Counted from the stretch's first letter, positions 30,134 to 39,426 are shown. The stretch: DNA of 55,994 nt from a virus (IMGVR_UViG_3300025009_000058), one strand, 5' to 3'. The notes: generated by a model not told the origin, from the sequence alone. A program made the numbers and translations.

Positions 30134-31122
30134 AATAATCCTTGTATCTCTAAAATCTTTTGTTGAGCAGCATTAGTAAAAGGTACCCATGCATCAGTAC
30201 CAAATTTATTTAAAAGTTGCATATCTTTTTCTTTCAGTATAAATGGGTCTCTTGGTGCTACTTTCACAGATTCATTTCTTACCTCAACTTTGAATAAGGG
30301 TGAAAGATCTAATTTTCCAAGTTTTCTTGCATAATAAATAGGAATTTTAATTGAACCTAATATCTCGCCTCTATTATTTAATATGAATAATGTTGGAACT
30401 ACAAATGATTTACCGAGAAAATGTTTATTACCATAATTTGCATACGTAATTACAAAATCTCTGAATTTTGTTAATACTTTTCCCATTTTTGAGTCTGATT
30501 TCTCAAGTTTAACAATAATAGAATTCATTAATTTACCAGTAGTTAAAAGAGCTGGTCCTGATGCATGCATATTAGGATGTAACATTGGAGGTTTTAATGA
30601 AGATACAAAAGCATCTATTCTCTCATTTAATTGTACATTTGATAAACCATACTTATTCTTAAATCTATCTATAACTTGTTTATCTGATAAACCTTTTCTA
30701 TTTGATAATTTTGGTAATATCTCTCTCACAAGGCTATTGATATTTTGATCAGAAAATAGGCTAGTAATTGATTTTTTACTTCTATTTTCTGGTGACAATA
30801 CAATATTTTTTATCTCTTGTGCTAGAAATTTAGGGTCAATTAACATTCTACGTATGTCAACTGCAGACTGTGATAATGGCTTCCAACTAGAAGGATTATG
30901 AATAAAATTATCTCGTATGCTTTCTTGATATTTTTTTGAGAAATTTTCTGAAAGTTTATTGATAGATGGGTTTGCTGCTGTCCCAATTGATACTGGGATA
31001 TCTTGTAACTTTTTACTAATAGTATTTAATCTTCCAGCAAGTATTTGAGCTCCTACTGAATTATTAGCAATTCTCTTTGAATCTCTACCAAATAAACTAA
31101 TTGAAAATTTTATTTCTTTCAT
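30130..31122 (-). CDS. virion morphogenesis / tail completion protein (Mu gpG/HK97 gp10-like)
   Basis: WKPLS, PALLTTGKLMNSI, APRDPF motifs. Confidence 0.55.
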   Translation of the reverse strand: MKEIKFSISLFGRDSKRIANNSVGAQILAGRLNTISKKLQDIPVSIGTAANPSINKLSENFSKKYQESIRDNFIHNPSSWKPLSQSAVDIRRMLIDPKFLAQEIKNIVLSPENRSKKSITSLFSDQNINSLVREILPKLSNRKGLSDKQVIDRFKNKYGLSNVQLNERIDAFVSSLKPPMLHPNMHASGPALLTTGKLMNSIIVKLEKSDSKMGKVLTKFRDFVITYANYGNKHFLGKSFVVPTLFILNNRGEILGSIKIPIYYARKLGKLDLSPLFKVEVRNESVKVAPRDPFILKEKDMQLLNKFGTDAWVPFTNAAQQKILEIQGLL

Positions 31123-31682
31123 TATTTATGAGGTTTCTCACTTTGATTTTGATGTTTAGCCATGATTTTATCTGCTCTTACTTTTTCATATCTATTGATC
31201 TCGCTTCTAACAAGTCCAAAAGCTTCTAATAATAATAATGGTTGGTCAAGTAGTCCTCCACTGTAGGGTAAGACATGATAGGTGTTACAAGCATTCTCTA
31301 AATCAATAAGAGTTCCAATTTCAAAATCAACAAAACCAGTAATACAAATTTCTCCGGCTTCTGTCTTATTTCTACCATTTAGGTAAGCTTGTATAATTTC
31401 AAAAGATGGCATATCTGGATTAAATTCAAGATTAAAATCATTAAGCCATTCTAGAAATTCTATTTGATTAAATGATCTTTTTTCAGATTCTTTTATCTTC
31501 ATAGATACCAAATCTAGAACGGGAAGAACAAAATTATATTGTTCTTCCCCATATCTAGAATTGAAACATATTCTATTTTTAAACCATTCATTCTGAGAAA
31601 GAGCGCAAATATCACAATCGTAAAGAGTTCTTCTTTCTTTATTTTCACTTTTCCAAAGATAATACCAAACTAAGAGTTGGAG
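31122..31682 (-). CDS. tail assembly chaperone T segment, reached by -1 frameshift from G (G-T fusion about 324 aa)
   Basis: The -1 frame is open from the slippery site to 31122 (LQLLVWYYLW...YDCDIC...RICF...LPYSGGLLDQP); there is a TGA in this frame just upstream (31700-31698). Confidence 0.8.
   Translation of the reverse strand, partial: LQLLVWYYLWKSENKERRTLYDCDICALSQNEWFKNRICFNSRYGEEQYNFVLPVLDLVSMKIKESEKRSFNQIEFLEWLNDFNLEFNPDMPSFEIIQAYLNGRNKTEAGEICITGFVDFEIGTLIDLENACNTYHVLPYSGGLLDQPLLLLEAFGLVRSEINRYEKVRADKIMAKHQNQSEKPHK
31513..31559. other. RNA stem-loop inside the T reading frame
   Basis: GGGAAGAACAA (31521-31531) / TTGTTCTTCCC (31539-31549), flanked by TCTAGA on both sides. Confidence 0.55.
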
Positions 31683-32095
31683 TTTTTTTTTGCTCCATCA
31701 TTTAGCTTGCTAATGTTGTTGGATACTTCAAGAACTTCAGAAAGATGATCAGCAGAAAGACAACGTGCAACTTCTTTCAATTGTGCTCTTTCTGTTATGA
31801 CTTTGTAAATTTCACCTTTGTTGAAAAACTCTGAATCTTCTGAATAAATGAAATTTTCAACTTTCTCAACAACACTCAAGAATTCTTCATGATCTGCAGC
31901 ATCAAGCTTAGAGACATTAATTTCTCTTGTGCCTTTTCTGCCATCTCTTGAAGCTCCTGCATATCTTTGGAGCGTCAAGTTGTTGTCATGTCCAGTTTTT
32001 GGTCTTATGTGAAAAACTGTTTGTTCAGAAACTGCTGAAGAACGATCTTCTTCAAGAACATATGGAATAGCTGTTTTGTTTACACCTTTAATCAT
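31670..32095 (-). CDS. tail assembly chaperone G
   Basis: Between the tube and tape measure genes; ends GAKKNSNS over an A9 run; AGGAG RBS. Confidence 0.8.
   Translation of the reverse strand: MIKGVNKTAIPYVLEEDRSSAVSEQTVFHIRPKTGHDNNLTLQRYAGASRDGRKGTREINVSKLDAADHEEFLSVVEKVENFIYSEDSEFFNKGEIYKVITERAQLKEVARCLSADHLSEVLEVSNNISKLNDGAKKNSNS
31682..31691 (-). promoter_or_regulatory. -1 programmed frameshift slippery site (A AAA AAA / A AAA AAC)
   Basis: Minus strand GCA AAA AAA AAC, 4 codons before the G stop. Confidence 0.8.
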
Positions 32096-32127
32096 TGTTA
32101 CTTCTCCTTTTTAGGATTATTTATTAA

Positions 32128-33321
32128 TTAAACCCAACTGCCCCATTTAGTAGTGGCAGCTTTATAACCGGTTAATACTTTCAATGTTCCAACTGAATCA
32201 CAAGGTACTGTATCTGATTTAACCATTCTAAATTTCAATGGTATCATTGGATTTTCTTCTTGATCAGTTTCTTCATAGTCTTCAACTTTGAGGTTTGCAT
32301 GAATAGCAAAGAAATTATCTGTAAGACTATTTTTTCCTGTTAAAACATCAACACCAAGAGTATTTCCAGTAGCTGGTAACGTTAGTGGATTTGCTGCCTG
32401 TTTTCCCCAAACAAGTGAAAATACTTTAGTAGTATTTGCAACAAATTGAGTAATTGTAGCATTTCCACCATGTGCAGATTCATCATTCCAGGGTATAGTT
32501 AATGAGCCTGTTACTTCAAGAGTGCCTAAAGTAAATGTTTTTGCGATAGCTTCATTATAGAAGAAAGGTTTTGCATTATTATTAAATGTAATATCAAATT
32601 CTGCAATGTTAAGTTCTGTAACAGTAGTATCTCCGGTAGAACCTAAAACTGTTAAATCTTCAAACTTTAATGCAGGCGTAGAATCAAAATCTTGTATTCT
32701 TGCTACAAGTGTAGCACCAGCATCAATTTGTTCCCATTTTGCTGCAAGAAATTCTACTTCACCTTCAATTAATCCACCTTGAGCACCCTTCAAAGTAATT
32801 CTTGAAACAATTGATGCAGATACTTTCTGATCTCTCAACAATGTTTCATCACCGTCTTGTCTAATTCTTATCAAATTAGCAAAAGCAGTTGCACAACCAG
32901 AATCATATGGAATATGTGTTGCAATTTCAAGATCAGTATTTGTAACACCTTGAGCATATGATACATTATCTTGGAAGAGTAATTTGAAAAATGCTGTCAA
33001 ATTATGTGCATTTGCTAAAAAAGGTACAACAATTGGAACCGGTTGAGCACCAACACTTGTAAAAGAAAAGAAATTTTGTGTAGAACTACCACTTGCAACT
33101 TTCTTTTCAACCAGTGAACGAGGTGCTTTAAATTGTGGGTATGAATCTACTGGTAATAAATTGTTTGAACCTGCAACTGCCCATGTACCAGTTAATCCAT
33201 GAGAGTTTGCTGGAGTAGTACCAAAATCACTTGATGCTGCTAATGCAAGAGCAACAGTGTTTTTTGCTGCAGGAAGTATTTCTATTCCATAAATATCTTC
33301 CCAGATTTGTCTACAACTCAT
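32128..33321 (-). CDS. major tail tube protein
   Basis: Position before G/T; motifs such as EFDITFNNN...LEVTGSLTI...KVFSLVWG are typical of siphoviral tube proteins. Confidence 0.7.
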   Translation of the reverse strand: MSCRQIWEDIYGIEILPAAKNTVALALAASSDFGTTPANSHGLTGTWAVAGSNNLLPVDSYPQFKAPRSLVEKKVASGSSTQNFFSFTSVGAQPVPIVVPFLANAHNLTAFFKLLFQDNVSYAQGVTNTDLEIATHIPYDSGCATAFANLIRIRQDGDETLLRDQKVSASIVSRITLKGAQGGLIEGEVEFLAAKWEQIDAGATLVARIQDFDSTPALKFEDLTVLGSTGDTTVTELNIAEFDITFNNNAKPFFYNEAIAKTFTLGTLEVTGSLTIPWNDESAHGGNATITQFVANTTKVFSLVWGKQAANPLTLPATGNTLGVDVLTGKNSLTDNFFAIHANLKVEDYEETDQEENPMIPLKFRMVKSDTVPCDSVGTLKVLTGYKAATTKWGSWV

Positions 33322-33345
33322 GATGCGTCTCCTTGTGTTATTAAA

Positions 33346-33723
33346 TTACTTACTTAATGTTTCTAAGCTATCAGAGATTTTTTTCTCTTCTGGGATTAAA
33401 ACTTCTGCCATTTTTGCTTTCTTTGTGTTTATAGCTTTAAAATGGTCAATTATCTCTTTAGTTTTAACTTCTTCAGCTTTCACATATTTATTCTTAATTT
33501 GAGTTTCAGTAAGATATATACCATTATTCTTACTAATAACTTTACCCGTAGCAGTATTAACCAGATTATAACAATTTACTGCTATTGATTCTGGTAATTC
33601 TACTGCTTTACCAATTGACAAATCTAATATTGCAGCAGCATTTTCTGGATCTTGTAATAACCAAGATGCAATTTTTTGACTGTAACCAAATCCAGAAGAT
33701 TCTTTTACAAATTGAACTTTCAT
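33346..33723 (-). CDS. hypothetical protein
   Basis: GAGG RBS; within the neck/tail operon. Confidence 0.55.
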   Translation of the reverse strand: MKVQFVKESSGFGYSQKIASWLLQDPENAAAILDLSIGKAVELPESIAVNCYNLVNTATGKVISKNNGIYLTETQIKNKYVKAEEVKTKEIIDHFKAINTKKAKMAEVLIPEEKKISDSLETLSK

Positions 33724-33732
33724 ATTTACCTC

Positions 33733-34686
33733 TTATATAACTGAATCAAAACTTTTTACTGTAATATTAAATATAGATGAAAATAATAAACTATCGCCCA
33801 GCATTGAAATACCAAACTCAATTTGACCTAAAGTGTAATCATTGCATCGATTGAAAATGTATTTATTAGCAAATATGATTTTCCTTAATTTATCAATTAT
33901 ATCTAAGTTCTGGTATACTGCATCCGCGCCACCCATTAAGGATGTATAAGTGTGTATTTTTACATATGTAACATACATGTTCATTCCAGGAAATGTTGAT
34001 TCTGTGCCAGCCAATTCTGAAACAACTGCTATAGCTGGGAAAAAATTTAAAGGTTCTACAACACCATATTTAAACTGTCTTACTAATGATAAAATAGCTT
34101 TATTATCTTCAAGTAACTTATGAACAATCTTAATAATTTCTTTTTGATTAGATATGTTTACTAATTGAATATTACCAGCTATATCTCTATTTGTTGGTGA
34201 ATATTCTGTTAAATCAATTTGTGAGAAAAATGTAATATCAACACTTGAAGTAGCTTGAAGACCTTGATTCAAAGTTATTACATCTTCAGTTCTGACTTCA
34301 GAGACTTGAGCATTAAATACTATTTGTTTATTTTCAGCATTAGTGAATTTCCAAACAGCATCTTTTTTCTTTTCAGCAAAAAGTAATCTTACATTATTTG
34401 TGAGTCCTATGGATTGATTCAATGCAAGATCTTGTTTAGGCTTTAATGTTTTTGTTTCAAATCTTATTACTCTTTTTATATCTGCTAAACCAGAAGAATA
34501 TATTCTTGAAATAGTTTCTGATACTGGATATACTACTAAATATGGAAATTGAGGGGTATTTCTATCAATCCCAATTGAATAATATGCATAATCTTTCAGA
34601 GACTCATGAGTCTTTAAATTTTTCTTTAGAAAGGTATCAATACTAAGAATAACTTCTCCAAAAGAAGAAGTAGTCTGATTAAGCAT
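33733..34686 (-). CDS. tail terminator/completion protein, apparently two tandem domains
   Basis: Two similar halves, each with a P-hydrophobic strand (QFPYLVVYP; FFPAIAVVS) followed by a NQ/QN-L helix. Confidence 0.5.
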   Translation of the reverse strand: MLNQTTSSFGEVILSIDTFLKKNLKTHESLKDYAYYSIGIDRNTPQFPYLVVYPVSETISRIYSSGLADIKRVIRFETKTLKPKQDLALNQSIGLTNNVRLLFAEKKKDAVWKFTNAENKQIVFNAQVSEVRTEDVITLNQGLQATSSVDITFFSQIDLTEYSPTNRDIAGNIQLVNISNQKEIIKIVHKLLEDNKAILSLVRQFKYGVVEPLNFFPAIAVVSELAGTESTFPGMNMYVTYVKIHTYTSLMGGADAVYQNLDIIDKLRKIIFANKYIFNRCNDYTLGQIEFGISMLGDSLLFSSIFNITVKSFDSVI

Positions 34687-34725
34687 ATTATATTATGCTC
34701 CAAGTAGTAAATATGTAGTAAGGAC

Positions 34726-35451
34726 TTATACGTCCTCTTCGTATTCTGTAATATCATTTCCTAATTCATCAATATCATACCCAGTAGCAATAGGACTAAT
34801 ATCCAGAGTGTTCCAACTTACTTCTAATCTTGCTTCACCGTCAGTGGACGTTAAAGCATTTAATTCTTGCTTTACTTCTTGTCTAAGTAATGCTGCATCT
34901 CCAGAAGTATTACTAGTTTCTGAAGCAAATGTCTGTTCTAGTAATTTTGCAGCTGCTAATTTTGACGCTAATTGTACTAATGCCTCTTCATAATGAGTTA
35001 ATGTCATATAAAATGTATCATCAGTGACAAATATATAACCTGTCCACATCTCTTTTTTAACAATAATATCTTCAAGAGTTAAATCTGTAGTAATATTTCC
35101 AACTACTGGTGCTTCTTCATCTGGAGTAACAATAAATTCAGTAGTTGATGTAAATCTAAACTTATATACTTTTGAAACTAGATTTATCGTAGTTATGTGC
35201 TGCTTTTTGAAAGTAAAATCGAGATTTGTATTTTGTGTCAAACAATACGTATTTGGATCCTGATATTCTCCTAAACTTAAAACAGGGTAAAAAGTTTTTA
35301 GTTTAGTTCTAATCCTTGATTCTTCTTTTGATAAATATGAAATAATTCTATTACTAGTTAGTCGTGTATCTTCAAATTCTCCACTATCAAATTTGAAATA
35401 CTGAGGAACATTATCTATAACATCTAACCAAGTTGCTAATAAATCTCTCAT
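34726..35451 (-). CDS. head-tail adaptor (Mu gp36/SPP1 gp15-like)
   Basis: Directly after the capsid gene; helical pattern RIISYL..EESRIRTKL..FYP ... AAAKLL ... RQEVKQEL. Confidence 0.6.
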   Translation of the reverse strand: MRDLLATWLDVIDNVPQYFKFDSGEFEDTRLTSNRIISYLSKEESRIRTKLKTFYPVLSLGEYQDPNTYCLTQNTNLDFTFKKQHITTINLVSKVYKFRFTSTTEFIVTPDEEAPVVGNITTDLTLEDIIVKKEMWTGYIFVTDDTFYMTLTHYEEALVQLASKLAAAKLLEQTFASETSNTSGDAALLRQEVKQELNALTSTDGEARLEVSWNTLDISPIATGYDIDELGNDITEYEEDV

Positions 35452-35460
35452 AAACGCCTT

Positions 35461-35492
35461 ATAATAAAGGGGCTAATCTCTTAGCCCCTTTT
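35461..35492 (-). terminator. terminator after the major capsid gene
   Basis: Minus strand AAAAGGGGCTAA-GAGA-TTAGCCCCTTT-ATTAT. Confidence 0.75.
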
Positions 35493-35514
35493 GTGTGTGT
35501 AAGTGAATACTTAA

Positions 35515-36705
35515 TTAAGCAGTATTCTTAAGCATGTAAGTATAATCATTATGACCACAACCACCATGATAAGAGAATTTATAAGTCATCACAATGTTGT
35601 TTGTGAAAGCTTTTTCAGATGAAGAAGCTAATGAAGCAGTAGCAGGTTTATAAACCCATAACCATTTTAGCTGACGTTTAGGATCACCCATGTACCAAGT
35701 TGTTGCAACACTTAAGTATCTTGAAGTGTAAATTTGGAATTTCTTGATACCATTAGGACCAAATGGATTAGTTGTGTGAGCAACAACAGGAGCAACATTG
35801 GCACCTTGTCCAACCATTGCAAAATTATCATTATTGAAAACTCTAAAAGCTGTAGCAGCTTTAGTTTCATGAACAACAATAATTTGTGGAACCACTGCAA
35901 GTTCAGCACCAGAAGGAGAAACCATAGCAGAAAAAGCATTAAAAGCAGCTTCAACATTAGTATAATCTGCTAATGCATTTGATGTAACAAGATTTTTGTT
36001 TGTTCTACCATCAAGAGCGGCATGATCTGCAGAATAAAAATCTGTGTTAGCATAAGCTGTGCCTTTATAGACAAAAGCTTTTGAAGCAACTTCTTTAAAA
36101 GCTGTTCTAGGAAGAACTTCCAAAGTTTGAATAACCATTTTAGCTCTGTGTTGACCACCTAGCTGTCCAATCATTCTTGCTTGGTCAAGTAGCTGACCTG
36201 TTTTGTCGTTGAAAATAGCTTCTCTTGTTACAGAGATCATACGACCAAAATCAGCCATTACAACTTGAACATCTTTCTCACCAAAATTTGTTTCTTGGTA
36301 AGACATACCTTCAAGTCTCAATTCTGGAGCTTCAGGATCTGTGAAACCAGCAATAAATTCAATATCGGTTCTTGAAGCTTCCATTTCAGAAACCAACTGA
36401 TCAACATTTTCAGAATAAAGAGTATATTGATCGATAATTTCTTTGTTAATTGCAACTTTTGAAATTGTGGGAAATTGTGAACTTGAGACTGCTAATGCAA
36501 CTTCTGAAGCTTCTGCACCGCGCAATCTTTCAAAATTTGGAATCGTTTCTTTTGCAATCTGACCTAAAGATAAATCAGATGTAGAAATTTTTCCAGCATT
36601 GAGTAATTCCTCAAGTTTATCAGCAACCTTTTGACCTGCAATAGCATCACTAGCTGATTCACCTTTATAGGAATTAAACATTTCAGTGATAATTCCGTTT
36701 CTCAT
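35515..36705 (-). CDS. major capsid protein (HK97 fold, Mu gpT-like)
   Basis: DFGRMISVTREAIFNDKTG motif, P..IVV, TTWYMGDP; strong RBS and downstream terminator. Confidence 0.85.
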   Translation of the reverse strand: MRNGIITEMFNSYKGESASDAIAGQKVADKLEELLNAGKISTSDLSLGQIAKETIPNFERLRGAEASEVALAVSSSQFPTISKVAINKEIIDQYTLYSENVDQLVSEMEASRTDIEFIAGFTDPEAPELRLEGMSYQETNFGEKDVQVVMADFGRMISVTREAIFNDKTGQLLDQARMIGQLGGQHRAKMVIQTLEVLPRTAFKEVASKAFVYKGTAYANTDFYSADHAALDGRTNKNLVTSNALADYTNVEAAFNAFSAMVSPSGAELAVVPQIIVVHETKAATAFRVFNNDNFAMVGQGANVAPVVAHTTNPFGPNGIKKFQIYTSRYLSVATTWYMGDPKRQLKWLWVYKPATASLASSSEKAFTNNIVMTYKFSYHGGCGHNDYTYMLKNTA

Positions 36706-36777
36706 TTCTGTTTGTACTCCAATTAATTAATTTTTTGTTAACTTTAAAAGCCCTGCAATTAATTACATAATCAATTA

Positions 36778-37329
36778 TTAAATACCAGGACCACATAAGC
36801 CGATAGGGCCACATAATCCTTCTGGACCACATAAACCGATTGGGCCACATAAACCTTCTGGACCACAAAGACCAATAGGGCCGCATAAGCCAGCAGGACC
36901 ACAAAGTCCAACAGTAGCATTTGTAGCAAACAACTTGCCAAGAGATTGTACATCAATAACTGCTTTAACAGTTGTTACTGAAACACCAACACTGCTTTCA
37001 AAGCAATGCATTAAGATGTTATCACCAGCTTTTTCAAGAGTACCACCAGCAGAAAGAGAAATTCCATCACCAATTGCAAAAGCTGCTGAATCAACAGTAG
37101 CTTCAACAATAGCTTTTCTCCAAACTGTAATTGGTGTTGTTTCATTAAGATTTGAACCTCTTTCGCAAACACCAACAAATGTTGCATCTTCTGCTTCAGC
37201 ATCAAGCTTAACAGCGTATCCTGATTCATAAGAAACAAGATCACCGTTAGCAATCACAGTAGCAGCTTCAACTGGGACAGAGATTAAATCAAATCTCTCA
37301 TCTCCAGGAATTCTGATTTTAACGTTCAT
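36778..37329 (-). CDS. capsid cement/decoration protein (DUF2190-like) with C-terminal Gly-Leu-Cys collagen stub
   Basis: Between the protease and capsid genes; IANGDLV...FVGVC...AIGD cement pattern; ends in (GLC-GPx)x7. Confidence 0.75.
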   Translation of the reverse strand: MNVKIRIPGDERFDLISVPVEAATVIANGDLVSYESGYAVKLDAEAEDATFVGVCERGSNLNETTPITVWRKAIVEATVDSAAFAIGDGISLSAGGTLEKAGDNILMHCFESSVGVSVTTVKAVIDVQSLGKLFATNATVGLCGPAGLCGPIGLCGPEGLCGPIGLCGPEGLCGPIGLCGPGI

Positions 37330-37378
37330 GTTACTTCTCCAATTAATTTATTATTATTTTTACAGCATTTGAAAAATT

Positions 37379-38536
37379 TTACTTCTTTTTGATGCCATTA
37401 GCAATGTCATCATCTGATAATTTAGGTTTAGTTTCTGAATCTGTTGCTGAGCCTGCTGCTGAGCCATTTTGAATAACAGAACCGGTAGTTAATGATTTTC
37501 TGTCTTCCAACATGTTTTTAACGATACCAATTTCTTTTTGAGCAAATAAAGTATCCTTAAACAAAGGTGTTACAAGACGCGAGTCAATTTGTGAGTTTGT
37601 GATTTCTGTTTCAACTTCGGTTTTCCAAGCATTCAACTGTTCAACAGCTTTATACTTATCAACTTCTGCAGTCAATTCAGTGTTTTTAGTTGTTAATGCA
37701 GTAACCGAATTTGTTAATTCTGTTACTTTTGCCGCTAAATCAGTCTTTTCAGATGTTAATGCAGTAACCGAATTTGTTAATTCTGTTACTTTCTGAGATG
37801 ATTGAGAAATAGCAGTCTCCTTTTCTTTTTTAGCAAGTTCAGCATTTACAATTTCTGCTACTAAAGTAGGATAGTTGGCAAGTAAATCTTGCGTAGATTT
37901 AATTTCCATCTTTAACTTCTCCTCTTGGTTTGATTGATTAGTTTGAAACTTATTTAATTTTTCCTGTACAATAGAATTATAGACTTGTAGAGCTTGACCA
38001 CCTGCTGCTCCATAAGACACAATATCTGTTGACTTGTAAGCATTAATACCTACAACTTTCATTCCAGTTCTATTCTGGGCTTCATCTTTATATTCTTGAC
38101 TGATTGCAGAGAAATGCATTGAGAATTGAACATCTTTTGCATTGCGCTTACATTCTTTATACAACCAGAATGTCTTTGGATTTGCTGTAAAGACAATGTC
38201 ACCAACGATTTTAGTTTTATCTTCATTGAGCTTTACATTCTCATAAGTAGCAGCCCATTCAAAAACATCTCTGCCCATATAAGCATATAAATCATGATTG
38301 ACATAAATCTTTGGTTTAGCCATTATAAATTCTAATATAATAGGCAAAACCTCTGTTGGAATATAAATATCATTTAAATTCCAACCAGCAGTAATAGCTT
38401 CTATCTTAGCACGTTTGGGACTATCTTCGTCACCATCATCTTCTGACATTGTAACTGATAAGCATATATCAAGTCTTTCTTTCTCATCAATTGCATCTGC
38501 CAGACCAATGTCTTTTGGATGTGTGCTTATAATCAT
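37379..38536 (-). CDS. prohead protease fused to coiled-coil scaffold
   Basis: AITAGWNLN, IYVNHD, QFSMH, DIVSYGAAGG protease-like motifs, followed by a heptad scaffold. Confidence 0.75.
   Translation of the reverse strand: MIISTHPKDIGLADAIDEKERLDICLSVTMSEDDGDEDSPKRAKIEAITAGWNLNDIYIPTEVLPIILEFIMAKPKIYVNHDLYAYMGRDVFEWAATYENVKLNEDKTKIVGDIVFTANPKTFWLYKECKRNAKDVQFSMHFSAISQEYKDEAQNRTGMKVVGINAYKSTDIVSYGAAGGQALQVYNSIVQEKLNKFQTNQSNQEEKLKMEIKSTQDLLANYPTLVAEIVNAELAKKEKETAISQSSQKVTELTNSVTALTSEKTDLAAKVTELTNSVTALTTKNTELTAEVDKYKAVEQLNAWKTEVETEITNSQIDSRLVTPLFKDTLFAQKEIGIVKNMLEDRKSLTTGSVIQNGSAAGSATDSETKPKLSDDDIANGIKKK
37691..37792. repeat. 39-bp direct repeat, 63-bp period, in the scaffold coiled coil
   Basis: TGTTAATGCAGTAACCGAATTTGTTAATTCTGTTACTTT at 37691-37729 and 37754-37792 (KVTELTNSVTALT x2). 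Confidence 0.9.
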
Positions 38537-38569
38537 AAATTACCTCGGTTCTTATTAACTCTTTGATTT

Positions 38570-38598
38570 AGTATAATATAAATAAAAGTCTAATGCAA
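38570..38598 (-). promoter_or_regulatory. sigma70-like promoter candidate for the head operon
   Basis: Minus strand TTGCAT-N17-TATACT, upstream of the protease gene. Confidence 0.45.
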
Positions 38599-38615
38599 CT
38601 AGCAGGAGCATTAGA
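38580..38615 (-). terminator. terminator-like hairpin after the spanin-like gene
   Basis: TCTAATGC (38589-38596) / GCATTAGA (38608-38615); CTTTTATTT follows on the minus strand. Confidence 0.45.
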
Positions 38616-39426
38616 ATTTAAATATATCTTTAATTGATTTAGAAACTTTTATTCCATAGGTGTTATTCTGACCAGTTTTAACATACCAAACTCCATAACT
38701 ATCATACATTATTTCTAAACCATACACTGCTTGGAGTTTATTTATATTAATTCCGTATTGGTCACTTATACCAACTAGGCCACCAATTTTAAGTAACTCA
38801 AAGAAAGTCGGATTAGCTTTTTGTCCTGCATATAAACCTGGATCAACAGATGTTTTTAAAGATCTTAATTCTACACCTGGAATTAAACACTTTACTGATC
38901 CAACAATTTCACCTTTCTCATTTTGACTTACTGCTACTTCAATAGGAATGGGTTTTGACAAAATACTTAATTCTGTAAAAGATCTAGTATCATTTTTGGT
39001 ATTAATAACAGTTTTACCATCTATTGATACCCATAAAGTGTCTTTTTTGAATGTTCTTACAATAGTGCTATCAGTATATTGAGTTTTTCCAGAATCAATT
39101 CTAACAACTATTTTAATCAAGCTAAGCGTCAAATCCTGTATTGAACGTAATTCAAAACCTTGATCTTCTAAAGTCTCATTTTGTCTTCTTTGTATGTCTT
39201 GATAAAAACCCATCTGCTGATAAAGTCTATGGCCTTGAGCATCTATCAACATTCGAAGTGAATCTCCTAAGGCTTTCATATTATTAGTTTGAATGGTTAC
39301 AAGTCTTTCATTTTCTTTCTTTAACTCTTGAATTTGATTCCAACCAAAATAAATTGCAAATCCTAATAGTATAATTACCAATATTGATACTAACTGAGCT
39401 TTAATAGCTTCTAATAACTGTTTCAT
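38611..39426 (-). CDS. membrane-anchored coiled-coil protein, putative spanin-like
   Basis: N-terminal TM (LVSILVIILLGFAIYFGW), coiled coil, beta-rich C-terminus ending in Phe. Confidence 0.5.
   Translation of the reverse strand: MKQLLEAIKAQLVSILVIILLGFAIYFGWNQIQELKKENERLVTIQTNNMKALGDSLRMLIDAQGHRLYQQMGFYQDIQRRQNETLEDQGFELRSIQDLTLSLIKIVVRIDSGKTQYTDSTIVRTFKKDTLWVSIDGKTVINTKNDTRSFTELSILSKPIPIEVAVSQNEKGEIVGSVKCLIPGVELRSLKTSVDPGLYAGQKANPTFFELLKIGGLVGISDQYGININKLQAVYGLEIMYDSYGVWYVKTGQNNTYGIKVSKSIKDIFKF

Noticed and set aside
31122-31511. Independent TTG-started 129-aa gene
   Set aside because: No RBS; better explained as the end of the -1 frameshifted G-T product.
23596-33321. Contractile tail (sheath, baseplate wedge)
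   Set aside because: No sheath-like gene precedes the tube gene; the layout fits a non-contractile tail.
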